64,000 nt of DNA from an uncultured Arcobacter sp. (GTDB lineage: Bacteria > Campylobacterota > Campylobacteria > Campylobacterales > Arcobacteraceae), in assembly GCA_965140705.1 (NCBI GenBank), contig OZ223300.1:1536001-1600000 (forward strand), written 5' to 3'. Under the pieces are notes generated by a model. That model worked only from the letters and a program-made list of their open reading frames with translations, did not search any database and had not been told where the DNA came from. Each line of letters starts with the position of its first letter. Within the stretch, counting starts at the first letter, position 1. Positions 32,314-43,095 of this stretch are shown in pieces. A program made the position numbers and the translations under genes.

Positions 32314-35133
32314 TTAGGCTTTTAGATCTCTATTTTTATATGCAGCTGCAATTGTAATAAATACAAAAGTTGTTACAACATATACCCACATAGGGATTGG
32401 TACAGGATCTCCTGTAGCATATGAGTGCATTCCAGATAAGTAGAAGTTTACTCCAAAATAAGTCATTAAAATTGTACTAAAGGCTAAAACAGATGCAGTT
32501 GTTAAAACAAATGGATTATTTAATGATTTAATAAATCTTAAGTGAATAACTATTGCATAAACAACTATTGATACATAGGCCCAAGTCTCTTTTGGATCCC
32601 AGCCCCAATATCTTCCCCATGATTCATTTGCCCAAACTCCACCTAAGAAGTTTCCAATTGTAATTGCACTTAATCCAATAATTAAAGACATTTCATTTAT
32701 ATACGTAATATGTTTAATAGTCTCATCTAAGTGTGGTCTATTTTTTCTAAATATAAATAATATAAGTGTCATAAATCCAATAATAGCACTTAATCCAAAG
32801 AAACCATAAGAAGCTGTTAATACAGATACATGAATTGTTAGCCAGTATGATTTAAGAACTGGAACTAGGTTAGTAATTTGTGGATCAATACTTGTTAGAT
32901 GAGCTGTAAACATAAATATAGCAGCTACAATAACAGCAGCACTTAAAGCAAGTAATGATTTTCTAAAGAAAACAACACCGGCAAATACGGCAGACCATGA
33001 TATGTAAAGTAAGGATTCATAAGTATTTGTCCAAGGTGCATGTCCTGAAATTATCCATCTAAATCCCATTCCAAAAGTATGTGCTGCAAATAATATTGCT
33101 AAAACTATAAATGCTACTAATGTAGTTTTCTTAGGTCTAATTTTAGGATTAAATACAACTACAAATGATGTAACTAATAAAATAAATCCAACTAGTAAAT
33201 AAGCTAATGTTAACTTAGGAAAGATATCAATTTTATTAAAGAATATTTCATTAGATATTTGTCTTTCACTTGGAATAATACTTGCACCAACTTTTTTTTG
33301 GTAAGAGTTAATAAAATCTAAGTATTTCCCCGCATTTTCCCAATCTTCTATAATAATAGTATTGATAAACCCTCTAACCATTGTCTCAACAGCTTTTTGT
33401 GCTCTTCCTTTAAAAGTTTGCATTGCATCTACAGGATTAAGCCATTTTGTTGATTTCATATCATTTGGATTTGGGAACATATTAAATAAGCTTGCATTAT
33501 ATGTCATATACGCAATATTTAATCTTTCATCAACCCTAATAACATCTTTTTCATATGTACCTCTATCAGAAGGCTTTGTAGTAATTGCTTTATTCATTTC
33601 ATTAGCTAAAATATATTTACCATCTTTAAAAACTTCTGAAAAAGAGATATATTTTCTCGATGGGTCAATTCCTAAGAATTTTTTTAATCTTGGAGTAGTA
33701 ATTTTTATCATTTTTACATCTCTCCAGATTTCTGGTCTAGAAATCATCCCAAGAACTATTTGATCTGCATTTAAATCAAACATGCTTGTTTTACCCGATA
33801 ATTTTAAAAGAATTTCTCTATCTAAAGTATCAATAGGTTTCATTCTTCCTGCATTACTTTGAACAGTAAGTTTTCCAAACTTATTTGCTACTGCAGTAGA
33901 ATCTTTTCTAAGCATTTTCATATATTCTTCTGGATTCTTATACTCTTTAACTACAACTTGATGTTGAGCTTGAGATGTTTGTGCTGTTTGTGTTTGTTGA
34001 TCTGCCGCATGTAAATTAGAAGCAGCAAAAGATAAACTTAAAGCAACAAGTAAAGAAGCAAAGTTTTTATTTTTTAATTTGTTTGCAAGTATCCAAAATC
34101 TTGATTGTTTACTAAATAGGTTTAAAATAAGACCTAAAGTTAGGAAAAAGTATCCTGCATAAGTTGGCCATTTCCCTGGGTCATTATTTACTGACAAAAC
34201 TGTTCCTTTTTCATCTGGATCATATGAACTTTGGAAGAATAAAAAATTACCTTCGTGAAGTGTTCTATTCATAAAAATTCTATAATCATATGATTTTCCA
34301 TTTTCTTCATTTACTGTAACTTCTGAAGCATAAGAAGATGGAGACATACTTCCTGGATATCTATCAAGTTGGAAGTCATTTAATTTAATTGAGAAAGGTA
34401 ATTTTAATAATTTAGAACCATATTCTAAGGTTACAATAGTATCTCCAAAATCTTCAATTTTTGGAAAACCTTTTTGTCCTCTTTTACCTGGTAACCTAAC
34501 TGTTTTAGTTTCTCCATTTAAAGTTATATCAAGAGATAAGATACCCATCTCTGCTTTACCCTTTTTACTTACAGTATAATCGGTATATTTTAAGTTTAAA
34601 TTTTTATTATTGAACTTCAAGTCATAGTTAAAGTTATTTAATTTTTGAGCAAAATATTCAACTAATCCTGTATTGTACCCCTCATCCATACCTTTTCTTA
34701 AGGTTGATGCTGCAAACTCTAATGGATACTCTTTATAAAAAGAACTTCCATCTTTTTGTTTAATCTGTACTTGTAAATATGGATTTAATGAATACATTAA
34801 ATCTTGTGTTTGACCTTCTCTTATTTGCATAATACCTTCATATCCTACAAATCTTGTTACTGCGGCACCTATTAAAATCAAGACAAAAGATGAATGAAAC
34901 AAAAATTTTGCTTTTTGTCTCCACATTTTTCTTCTGTAGATAATCCCCATCAAATTAACTGTAGTAAGAACTAAAACAGCTTCATACCACAAGTTATCAT
35001 AAACTAAAACTCTAGCAGTTGAAGTTCCGTAATCATTTTCAATAAATGTAGCTACACCAGCTCCAACTGCTAAAAGTGCGAGTAGGATAAGTGTTGTTTT
35101 AAATGAAAATAATATATCTAATATCTTATTCAA
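32314..35133 (-). CDS. ccsA: Fused system II cytochrome c biogenesis protein CcsBA
   Basis: ResB-like N-terminus, LKSYWLTIHV, WANESWGRYWGWDPKETW, SGMHSYA. Confidence 0.93.
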   Translation of the reverse strand: MNKILDILFSFKTTLILLALLAVGAGVATFIENDYGTSTARVLVYDNLWYEAVLVLTTVNLMGIIYRRKMWRQKAKFLFHSSFVLILIGAAVTRFVGYEGIMQIREGQTQDLMYSLNPYLQVQIKQKDGSSFYKEYPLEFAASTLRKGMDEGYNTGLVEYFAQKLNNFNYDLKFNNKNLNLKYTDYTVSKKGKAEMGILSLDITLNGETKTVRLPGKRGQKGFPKIEDFGDTIVTLEYGSKLLKLPFSIKLNDFQLDRYPGSMSPSSYASEVTVNEENGKSYDYRIFMNRTLHEGNFLFFQSSYDPDEKGTVLSVNNDPGKWPTYAGYFFLTLGLILNLFSKQSRFWILANKLKNKNFASLLVALSLSFAASNLHAADQQTQTAQTSQAQHQVVVKEYKNPEEYMKMLRKDSTAVANKFGKLTVQSNAGRMKPIDTLDREILLKLSGKTSMFDLNADQIVLGMISRPEIWRDVKMIKITTPRLKKFLGIDPSRKYISFSEVFKDGKYILANEMNKAITTKPSDRGTYEKDVIRVDERLNIAYMTYNASLFNMFPNPNDMKSTKWLNPVDAMQTFKGRAQKAVETMVRGFINTIIIEDWENAGKYLDFINSYQKKVGASIIPSERQISNEIFFNKIDIFPKLTLAYLLVGFILLVTSFVVVFNPKIRPKKTTLVAFIVLAILFAAHTFGMGFRWIISGHAPWTNTYESLLYISWSAVFAGVVFFRKSLLALSAAVIVAAIFMFTAHLTSIDPQITNLVPVLKSYWLTIHVSVLTASYGFFGLSAIIGFMTLILFIFRKNRPHLDETIKHITYINEMSLIIGLSAITIGNFLGGVWANESWGRYWGWDPKETWAYVSIVVYAIVIHLRFIKSLNNPFVLTTASVLAFSTILMTYFGVNFYLSGMHSYATGDPVPIPMWVYVVTTFVFITIAAAYKNRDLKA

Positions 35134-35271
35134 AATATAAGTCCTTTTGTATGTCTTTTTTCAATTTCATTATAATGATGCATTATTAATAAAATATTAA
35201 CTATTTCAACTATAGTAAAATTTTGCAATTATATCAAAAGATATTTAAGAAATAATGATTATAATTGCATT

Positions 35272-36192
35272 ATGAATGAACAATTAGAAGAATTACAAAA
35301 AAAGCGAATAGAGTGTCTTTCTTGGAAAAATATTAAACCATGGCATGAGCAACTTTTAAAAGCACAAGAAATCCAAAAAAGACCTTGTGAAGTTAAACTT
35401 GAAGATTGGCTAACTATCGGAAAAGAATCAGATTTAAGTGATGAAGAAAAAGAAATAGTTTTACAAACTGCAAAAACACTAATACCTTGGAGAAAAGGTC
35501 CATTTAATCTTTTTGGATTGGAAATTGATAGTGAATGGCAAAGTAATATAAAGTATAATCTTATTCGACCACATTTTAATTTAAAAGATAAAGTTGTCGC
35601 TGATATAGGTTGTAACAATGGTTATTATATGTTTAGAATGCTTGAGGACAAGCCTAAAAAACTTATAGGATTTGACCCAAGTCCACTAACTATGCTCCAA
35701 TTTGAATTTATCAATCATTTTATAAAAAGTGATATAGTTTATGAAAAGCTTGGTGTTGAACATTTAGAAATCTATAATCACAGTTTTGATTTTATATTTA
35801 TGCTAGGTGTTTTATACCATAGATCTGATCCCGTTGGAACATTAAAACTTTTAAGAAACTCATTAAATAAAGATGGTGAAGTGTTAATTGATACTTTTAT
35901 GATAGATGGAGAAGAAGAGGTTGCTTTAACTCCAAATGGTCGATATTCAAAAATACCTAATATCTATTTTGTACCGACAATTCCAGCACTTAAAAATTGG
36001 TTGACAAGAGCAGGGTTTTGTGATATTGAAGTTCTTTCGGTGACAACTACTTCAAGTGAAGAGCAAAGAAAAACAAAATGGTCTTTTGATCAAAGTTTAG
36101 AAGATTTTTTAGATCCAAATGATAAGAGTAAAACTGTAGAAGGTTATCCAGCCCCTAAAAGAGTATATGTAAAAGCAAGAAGAAAGAATTAG
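35272..36192 (+). CDS. cmoB: tRNA U34 carboxymethyltransferase CmoB
   Basis: PWRKGPF, IDSEWQS, DIGCNNGYY, GVLYHRSDP, TVEGYPAPKR. Confidence 0.95.
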   Translation: MNEQLEELQKKRIECLSWKNIKPWHEQLLKAQEIQKRPCEVKLEDWLTIGKESDLSDEEKEIVLQTAKTLIPWRKGPFNLFGLEIDSEWQSNIKYNLIRPHFNLKDKVVADIGCNNGYYMFRMLEDKPKKLIGFDPSPLTMLQFEFINHFIKSDIVYEKLGVEHLEIYNHSFDFIFMLGVLYHRSDPVGTLKLLRNSLNKDGEVLIDTFMIDGEEEVALTPNGRYSKIPNIYFVPTIPALKNWLTRAGFCDIEVLSVTTTSSEEQRKTKWSFDQSLEDFLDPNDKSKTVEGYPAPKRVYVKARRKN

Positions 36193-37157
36193 AATAAATC
36201 TATATTGTCTTCTTCTTTAATATCACTAAAGGCTAAAAATGAACTTCTTCCTTTATTTTTAGCCTCATAAAGTGCTGTATCTGTATTTTTTATAATTTGA
36301 TCCAGCGATGAATGTTTTGTATTAAACTTATCATATCCAATACAAATTGTTTTTTTAAGAGTTGCTTGTTCATTTATTTTTATTTCCACATTAGCGAAAT
36401 CTTCAATAATCTTTTCACATAAAGTTCTAATTTCATTTTCACTATCACTACTTAATATTGAAACTAAAAATTCGTCCCCTGAAAGTCTTGCAACTAGATC
36501 AAATTCTGAGATATTTGTATGAATAACTTTTGCAAGTTCTATTAATACTTTGTCACCAATATCATAATCAAACTCATCAACTACAGCTTTAAACCTATCA
36601 ATTCCTATCATTAAAAAGAAAATATCACTTGATTCATTGTGTGATAAATTAATCAATTTATTAACATGTTCAGTTAAATATTGTCTATTATAAACATTTG
36701 TAACAGAATCAATTGAGTTAGCTTGAATATAATTTTTCTTTAAAATACCACTTTGTATGATAGGAGATATTTGAAAAAAGGCTGATTCTATAGCCGTATA
36801 TTCAGCTTCTAAAACTGTAAAATGAGTCTTTGAAGTAGAAGAGAAAGATACTATTGCATTTTGAGAAGTATGAGTATTGATAATAAAGAAAAAAGATTTA
36901 TCATCATCTAAATAAAACTCCTCACCTTTTACATAAATATTCTCTTTTTTGTTGTTTTTCATGTCAAATAAAGAGAAGGTTACATTATCAACATTATAAT
37001 TTCTATTTAACCATAAATAGATATCTTCTGCCATTTGTTTTAAATTTGAAGAGTATTGTAATTGTTCGTATAATTCATAAATTTTTTCTAAAGAGGCAAA
37101 ATCTTTTTCATGATTGCATGACGATTTAATCAAATTTAATATCGAATTTTTTAACAT
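36189..37157 (-). CDS. GGDEF-domain protein (SGDEF variant)
   Basis: DSVTNVYNR, IDRFKAV, ARLSGDEF, ALYEAKNKGR. Confidence 0.88.
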   Translation of the reverse strand: MLKNSILNLIKSSCNHEKDFASLEKIYELYEQLQYSSNLKQMAEDIYLWLNRNYNVDNVTFSLFDMKNNKKENIYVKGEEFYLDDDKSFFFIINTHTSQNAIVSFSSTSKTHFTVLEAEYTAIESAFFQISPIIQSGILKKNYIQANSIDSVTNVYNRQYLTEHVNKLINLSHNESSDIFFLMIGIDRFKAVVDEFDYDIGDKVLIELAKVIHTNISEFDLVARLSGDEFLVSILSSDSENEIRTLCEKIIEDFANVEIKINEQATLKKTICIGYDKFNTKHSSLDQIIKNTDTALYEAKNKGRSSFLAFSDIKEEDNIDLF

Positions 37158-37236
37158 GACTCTTCTTTCTCTAATTTTATATATATTATAAGTATTTTTA
37201 ATTAAAAATAGGATTAAAACTTAATTTTAATAATAT

Positions 37237-37830
37237 TTACAAATAATTCAACCATCCATTTAAAGAATGTTTCTCTTCTTTTAAGGTAGTGCTTTCACCA
37301 TGTCCTGGATGAATTTTAATATCTTTATTCCAAGTTAAAATTTTCTTGATACTCTCTTTCATATTCTGTGGACTTGAAAAAGGAAAGTCCACTCTTCCAA
37401 TTGTCCCTTTAAATATAAAATCGCCACTGAAAAGATTACCATCTATTTCTATGGCAGAACAACCAGGTGTATGACCTGGAAAAAAATGATATTTTACAAT
37501 TGTACCATCAAAATCAAATTCTTGATCTCCATTTACTAAAATATCTGGATGACTTGGAGTCATACCAAATCCATATGGATCTTTTTCAAGTAAAAAAGCA
37601 TCTTCTTTTGGACAATATATCTTTAGTGCAAATTCATTACTCACTTCATAGTTTGACCATACATGATCAAAGTGACCATGCGTATTTAATATAACAATAG
37701 GATTAGTAACATTTTCTTTTATCCATTGTATTGCGTCTACACCTGGATCTATTATAAAATCTTTATTATCAACAGTAACAATATAACAATTTGTTTGATA
37801 CTCTCCCATTGGTTTTCTTTTTATATCCAT
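37237..37830 (-). CDS. MBL-fold metallo-hydrolase (glyoxalase II-like)
   Basis: THGHFDH, PGHTPG, FSGD, HPGHG. Confidence 0.92.
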   Translation of the reverse strand: MDIKRKPMGEYQTNCYIVTVDNKDFIIDPGVDAIQWIKENVTNPIVILNTHGHFDHVWSNYEVSNEFALKIYCPKEDAFLLEKDPYGFGMTPSHPDILVNGDQEFDFDGTIVKYHFFPGHTPGCSAIEIDGNLFSGDFIFKGTIGRVDFPFSSPQNMKESIKKILTWNKDIKIHPGHGESTTLKEEKHSLNGWLNYL

Positions 37831-37888
37831 TTTAAACCTTACTTAGATAGAATCTATTTTTATGATTATATCAATTTAGAGGTAATAA

Positions 37889-38710
37889 GTGAATTATTTT
37901 AGGGATTTAGAAGAGATTTTATTAACAATTAACCCAAAGGAAAAGTTTAGAAAATTTGATACTTTTTATAAAAATTTTTTAAATAAAAATATAGACTTTA
38001 GTAATAATTATGAAATCATGCCATTAACAGAGCCTTCATACAAAAGTTTTATGAATATAGTTCTTCCCAAAAATGTAAAAATAAGAAAGTATTTTGATAC
38101 AAAAGAGGGCAAAGGAAGTCTGCTTCATACAATAGCTCATATTGAATATAGTGCTATTGATTTAGCGCTTGATGCAGCTTTACGATTTAAAAATCTACCA
38201 AAAGAATATTATAAAGATTGGTTAGAAGTTGCAAGTGATGAGATTAGACATTTTTTGATGATAGAAGAGATTATGAATGAAGTTGGATATAAATATGGAG
38301 ACTTTGAAGTACATACAAATCTTTTTGAAGCTATGAAAAAAACTACTACTTTAGTAGAAAGAATGGCAATAGTTCCTCGATATTTAGAAGCAAATGGGCT
38401 TGACCAAAATCCAAAAATCATGAAAAAACTAGAATCAAATCCAGATGAAATAAATAATAAAATTTTAAAAGCATTAAATATTATTTTAGAAGAAGAAGTT
38501 GACCATGTCTATAAAGGGGACAAGTGGTTTAAATATGCTTGTGAAAAAGAGAACTTAGAAGTAGAAAATACCTATTTAGAACTTCTTGAAAAATATTACC
38601 CTGGTAGTACTCAGGGTAAAAAGTCTGATATGAACTTTGAAGCAAGAAAAAAAGCTGGATTTTCTTGTAATGAATTAAAAAGATTATCAAATAAAAGTGA
38701 CTGTGCATAA
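37889..38710 (+). CDS. Ferritin-like protein, DUF455 family
   Basis: LHTIAHIEYSAIDLALD, DEIRHF, EANGLD, EEVDHV. Confidence 0.9.
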   Translation: MNYFRDLEEILLTINPKEKFRKFDTFYKNFLNKNIDFSNNYEIMPLTEPSYKSFMNIVLPKNVKIRKYFDTKEGKGSLLHTIAHIEYSAIDLALDAALRFKNLPKEYYKDWLEVASDEIRHFLMIEEIMNEVGYKYGDFEVHTNLFEAMKKTTTLVERMAIVPRYLEANGLDQNPKIMKKLESNPDEINNKILKALNIILEEEVDHVYKGDKWFKYACEKENLEVENTYLELLEKYYPGSTQGKKSDMNFEARKKAGFSCNELKRLSNKSDCA

Positions 38711-38730
38711 GATAATATACACTTTGACTT

Positions 38731-39252
38731 TTATTCTTGAATTGTCCAGATAAGTTTATCTTTACTATATCCTAAAGCAGGCAAGGTATCGAGTATTTTA
38801 TTTAAAGTTTTCTTATCAAGTTTTTTTGTTTTAGAAAGAATCCACAGATACTTTCTTGATGGTTCTCCTATTAAGGCATATTTATAATCTTTATCAAGCA
38901 TTAATATCCAATAATCACCATAGAATGGTCTGAAAAAACTAACTTTTAATTTGCTATTTGACTCATTTGTAGCATATGCAACGCCAATAGCTTTTTTCTT
39001 TTCATTTGTATCAATTTTTTGACATGAATTGACTACTTTAATTTTATTGTCATCTCTTAAAGTATAATTTGCACTTACATTTTTACATCCCTTTTCAAAA
39101 AACTGTTCATATCTTGCTATTTCATACCAAGTTCCTATATACTTATCAATATCAACTTTTTTTACAGTTTTTAATGGTGGATATTTATTCGCACAAGATG
39201 TAAAAAGTAAAATGATAAATATAAGTAGAGTACTTTTAAAAATAGTGTTCAT
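38731..39252 (-). CDS. blc: Lipocalin, Blc-like lipoprotein
   Basis: Lipobox FTSC, GTWYEIAR, KLKVSFFRPFYGDYW, YLWILSK; likely ATG at 39252. Confidence 0.9.
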   Translation of the reverse strand: MNTIFKSTLLIFIILLFTSCANKYPPLKTVKKVDIDKYIGTWYEIARYEQFFEKGCKNVSANYTLRDDNKIKVVNSCQKIDTNEKKKAIGVAYATNESNSKLKVSFFRPFYGDYWILMLDKDYKYALIGEPSRKYLWILSKTKKLDKKTLNKILDTLPALGYSKDKLIWTIQE

Positions 39253-39333
39253 AGTTTTCACCTTTACAATTTTTTATATTATAATTAAACAAAAAATAGT
39301 TTTGTATTCATTTTATGTAAGTTCAACTTTTTT

Positions 39334-40062
39334 TCAAAAAAATTCACTCATATAAGTTCTATATATTAAAGGAACTTGGCTTTGTTGTAATTTTTTGTTT
39401 TCACGCTCTTTTATAGAGACTGCACTAAAAAAGCTTTTCCACAATTTTTGAAATTTCTCTTCATTTTGGGAGTAAGTGGGTGTCTCAAAAGAAGATATAT
39501 TTTCTATACTTACTTTCATACCATTTTTTATAAAGGCAAATTCCCTTTTAAGGTCATGGATTATAAAGTTTTGATTATTAAACCTTTTTATAAAGTGTTT
39601 AGCTAAAAAATAAAGTACATTAAACTTACATTCAATTTTCGCATATAAATACCCATCTTCTAACTCTTCAAATCTTATAAAAGCATACATTCTATGTACA
39701 TTTTTAAATAGCTCTTTTTCTAGATTATTTATATAAAATACACAAGAATTATTTATATTAAATAGCTCTTGTGTATTTTTAAATCCGATAATTATAAACT
39801 CTAAAAGTTGCATTTCAAACTCTTCTTCATCACATAAAAAAATATTTAAAATCTTTTGAAACATATTTTTTGGAAATAGTTTTTTAATCGAATCAAGTAC
39901 TTTTTGAGAGTTTTCTTTTTTTGTTTCTATATATTTTATCTCATCAAATATAATCTCTTCGGGTAAACTTTTATAGATATTTTTGGGTTTTAACCTTTCA
40001 TAATAAACACTATAGACTAAAGATAAAAAACCCTCAAAAGTACCATCATAAATTAAAATCAT
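39334..40062 (-). CDS. TIGR03915/DUF4130 putative DNA repair protein
   Basis: YDGTFEGFLS, HRMYAFIRF, HFIKRF, LWKSFF...IKEREN; overlaps the radical SAM stop. Confidence 0.88.
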   Translation of the reverse strand: MILIYDGTFEGFLSLVYSVYYERLKPKNIYKSLPEEIIFDEIKYIETKKENSQKVLDSIKKLFPKNMFQKILNIFLCDEEEFEMQLLEFIIIGFKNTQELFNINNSCVFYINNLEKELFKNVHRMYAFIRFEELEDGYLYAKIECKFNVLYFLAKHFIKRFNNQNFIIHDLKREFAFIKNGMKVSIENISSFETPTYSQNEEKFQKLWKSFFSAVSIKERENKKLQQSQVPLIYRTYMSEFF

Positions 40063-41294
40063 AATTCACCACTAATTGCACTAAAATCAAATAAACTAGG
40101 CTGAAAAAGTTTTTTCTTTTCAGGTTTTAAAAGTGCTGTTTTAATAGAATCTCTATAAAAAGGTATTTGACGTTGAAATTCTTTATTACAAGTGATAAAA
40201 TAAATGGCTCTTTTTAGAGATATCCTTAGTTTTTTTAAATCATCAAATCCAAGTCTTTTAAATCTTCTGGCATTTAATATTTTTTGAACAGCTCTAGCAC
40301 CAATCCCAGGTATTCTTAGAAGTTCTTCTTTTGAAGCTTTATTTATCTCCATAGGAAAATATTTTAGATTATTAAGTGCCCAAAATGTTTTAGGATCTAA
40401 ATTTTCATCTAGATTTGGAAATTCATCTGTTACTATTTCATCCCAAGAAAAATCATAAAATCTAAGTAACCAATCTGCTTGATATAGTCTATGTTCACGT
40501 ACAAGTGGCGGCTTAGTTATTACTGTAGGTAGATTTTTGTCATCATTTACTGGAATATATGCACTATAATAGACTCTTTTTAATAAAGCTTTATTATACA
40601 AAGCAGAACTAAGTTTAAGGATCTCTCTATCACTTTCAGGAGTTGCACCAATTATTAATTGCGTGCTCATTCCTATTGGTTGTTTTCCTTTTTCTAAACT
40701 CAAATCTCTAGCATATTTTAGGGGTTCTAAAACCTTTTGTTTTGTTTTATTAGGAGCTAAAAGTTTTAGTGACTTATCACTTGGAAGTTCTATATTTGAG
40801 CTTACTCTATTTGCTAGTTTTACTATTTGTTCTACTAATTCCATACTTCCACCTGGAATTAGTTTTACATGAATATATCCATTGAACTTATATTCAAATC
40901 TAAGTATTTTAAGTGTTCTTAAAATCAAAGTCATCGTATGATCTTCATTGTCTATGATTCCAGAGCTTAAAAAAAGACCTTCAATGTAATTTCTTTTATA
41001 AAAATTTATAGTAATATCAGCTAATTCTCTTGGTGCAAAAGCAGCTCTTGGTATATCATTTGAAACTTTATTTATACAATAAGCACAATCATAAATGCAA
41101 TAATTTGTAAGTAGTACTTTTAGTAGGGAAACACATCTGCCATCTGCTGTATAAGTGTGGCAAATTCCACTTGAATGACTAGCCCCAAGCTCACCTATTT
41201 TATGAGTTTCTTTCTCTCCACTTGAAGAACAAGAGACATCATATTTGGCACTATTACTTAGTATTTCCATTTTTTCATAAATATCTTTTCTCAT
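40059..41294 (-). CDS. TIGR03916 putative DNA modification/repair radical SAM protein
   Basis: AKYDVSCSSS, GICH, DGRCVSLLK, CIYDCAYC, REHRLYQADWLLRFY, HhH motif LLRIPGIG. Confidence 0.93.
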   Translation of the reverse strand: MRKDIYEKMEILSNSAKYDVSCSSSGEKETHKIGELGASHSSGICHTYTADGRCVSLLKVLLTNYCIYDCAYCINKVSNDIPRAAFAPRELADITINFYKRNYIEGLFLSSGIIDNEDHTMTLILRTLKILRFEYKFNGYIHVKLIPGGSMELVEQIVKLANRVSSNIELPSDKSLKLLAPNKTKQKVLEPLKYARDLSLEKGKQPIGMSTQLIIGATPESDREILKLSSALYNKALLKRVYYSAYIPVNDDKNLPTVITKPPLVREHRLYQADWLLRFYDFSWDEIVTDEFPNLDENLDPKTFWALNNLKYFPMEINKASKEELLRIPGIGARAVQKILNARRFKRLGFDDLKKLRISLKRAIYFITCNKEFQRQIPFYRDSIKTALLKPEKKKLFQPSLFDFSAISGEL

Positions 41295-41360
41295 TTTTAC
41301 ATTTTATATAAAAATAAAGCTTAGCTTTAAAAATATATCAATTTGTAATGAAAAATTTTA

Positions 41361-42434
41361 TTAAGAGTTTTTATGTGAAATTTTTCTTATTATCTCAGCA
41401 CTTGGTTTAGCGTAATAGTAACCTTGAACATAATCAACTCCAATCTCTCTTACTATATTTAACTCTTCAACTGTTTCTACGCCTTCTGCTAGAAGTTTGA
41501 TATTATTTTCATTGGAGATTTGTCTAAGAGCTTTATAAATAGATTGTTTCATATTATCGTTTTGTATATTATCTATTATATTTCTATCTACTTTGATAAT
41601 ATCTGGTTTGATATCTATAATCATATTTAAAGAAGAATAACCTTCCCCTACATCATCTAAAGCAATTAAAAAACCTTTTTTTCTATAAAAATTTAAAATA
41701 TCTTTTAAGTGGCTTTTATCTTCTACTTTCTCTGTTTCAACAACTTCAAATATTATATTTTTTGGGTCATAGTCTAATTGTTTTGCCCATTTTACAGTGG
41801 ATTGAAGACAAAATTCAGGATCATATATTGAAGTTGGTAAAAAGTTGATAAATATTTTTTTATTTACTCTTTTTGTTGCGGCAGTTTTAAGGGCTGTTTC
41901 TCTACATATTTGATCAAGTTTAAAATTTGCATTATTTCTAGTAGATTTTTTAAAAATTTCATCTGGGTACATTAGTGTTCCATCTGGATAAACACCTCTT
42001 ATTAAAGCTTCATATCCAAAAATTGAATTACTTCTCATATCAATAATTGCTTGAAAATGTGAAGTAAAGCTTTTACTATATAAAATATCAAAAAAAGAAG
42101 TATCTTTTATAAAGTTTAAATATATAAAAAGTGGTTTTGATTTTAATACAGTATTAATTGTAAGGGGATGTCTATGATTCTCTATAAAGATTTTTATCTC
42201 TTTTTGTTCTTCTTCTGAAAACTTTTCTATTAAAAAATCAGCATTTTCTTCAAAAAACAAATTTGGATTTAAGGAGACAAAAGAGCAGATATTTTCATTT
42301 ATATTTGTTTCTAAGCCTAACTCATTTATATAAAGTTCTGACTTTTTTAGTAACTCCTCTACATTTGAAATAAAATGAACAGTTGATTCACTTCCACAAA
42401 TATTAAACTCTTCTTTACATGTACATTGAATCAT
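41361..42434 (-). CDS. EAL-domain protein (putative c-di-GMP phosphodiesterase)
   Basis: GYEALIR, FINF, FEVVETE, ALDDVGEGYSSL, IKVDR, AEGVET, QGYY. Confidence 0.9.
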   Translation of the reverse strand: MIQCTCKEEFNICGSESTVHFISNVEELLKKSELYINELGLETNINENICSFVSLNPNLFFEENADFLIEKFSEEEQKEIKIFIENHRHPLTINTVLKSKPLFIYLNFIKDTSFFDILYSKSFTSHFQAIIDMRSNSIFGYEALIRGVYPDGTLMYPDEIFKKSTRNNANFKLDQICRETALKTAATKRVNKKIFINFLPTSIYDPEFCLQSTVKWAKQLDYDPKNIIFEVVETEKVEDKSHLKDILNFYRKKGFLIALDDVGEGYSSLNMIIDIKPDIIKVDRNIIDNIQNDNMKQSIYKALRQISNENNIKLLAEGVETVEELNIVREIGVDYVQGYYYAKPSAEIIRKISHKNS

Positions 42435-42444
42435 AATATCTCCT

Positions 42445-43086
42445 TTATGGTGCTAATCTATTTATCTCCCAATCATCCTTCTCATTTAAACTATACTCAA
42501 ATCTATCATGTAACCTATCTTTCCCACCTTGCCAAAATTCAACAACTTCTGGTTTTATTACATATCCACCCCAAAAAGAAGGAAAAGGTATTTCACCTTT
42601 TACAAACTTACTTTTTATCTCATCAAATTTAGCTTCAAGGAGACTTCTTGAACTAATAATTTCACTTTGATGGGAAACCCAAGCTCCTATTTGACTACCT
42701 TTTGGACGAGAAAGGAAATACTTCAAAGAATCAGTTTTGCTAATCTTCTTAATAGTTCCTTCAATTTTAACTTGTCTTTCCAATCCTAACCAAGCAAAAT
42801 GAATTGCAGCATAAGGATTTTCTTCTATTTGCCAAGCCTTTTTACTTTTGTAATTTGAAAAAAACACAAAACCATTTTCATCATACAGTTTTAATAAAAC
42901 TGTCCTAATAGATGGTTTCATATCCTTTCCAACTGTTGCTAAACTCATAGCATTTGGTTCTAAAATATTCGCACTTAGTGCTTGTTCAAACCAAACTTCA
43001 AACTGTTTGATAGGAGAGTCTACTAAATCATCTCTTCTCAAACCTTTTGTTGTGTACTCTTGTCTTAATCTAGAAAGGTCTTTCAT
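42445..43086 (-). CDS. pdxH: Pyridoxamine 5'-phosphate oxidase
   Basis: LRQEY, EPNAMSLAT, RTVLLK, EFWQGGKDRLHDR, RLAP. Confidence 0.95.
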   Translation of the reverse strand: MKDLSRLRQEYTTKGLRRDDLVDSPIKQFEVWFEQALSANILEPNAMSLATVGKDMKPSIRTVLLKLYDENGFVFFSNYKSKKAWQIEENPYAAIHFAWLGLERQVKIEGTIKKISKTDSLKYFLSRPKGSQIGAWVSHQSEIISSRSLLEAKFDEIKSKFVKGEIPFPSFWGGYVIKPEVVEFWQGGKDRLHDRFEYSLNEKDDWEINRLAP

Positions 43087-43095
43087 TATAATTCT

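Noticed and set aside
32314..35133. Fused CcsBA as a novelty
   Set aside because: The fusion is the normal form in Campylobacterota
30503..42434. HD-GYP, SGDEF and EAL genes as one c-di-GMP system
   Set aside because: They lie in separate transcription units, and such genes are abundant in this family
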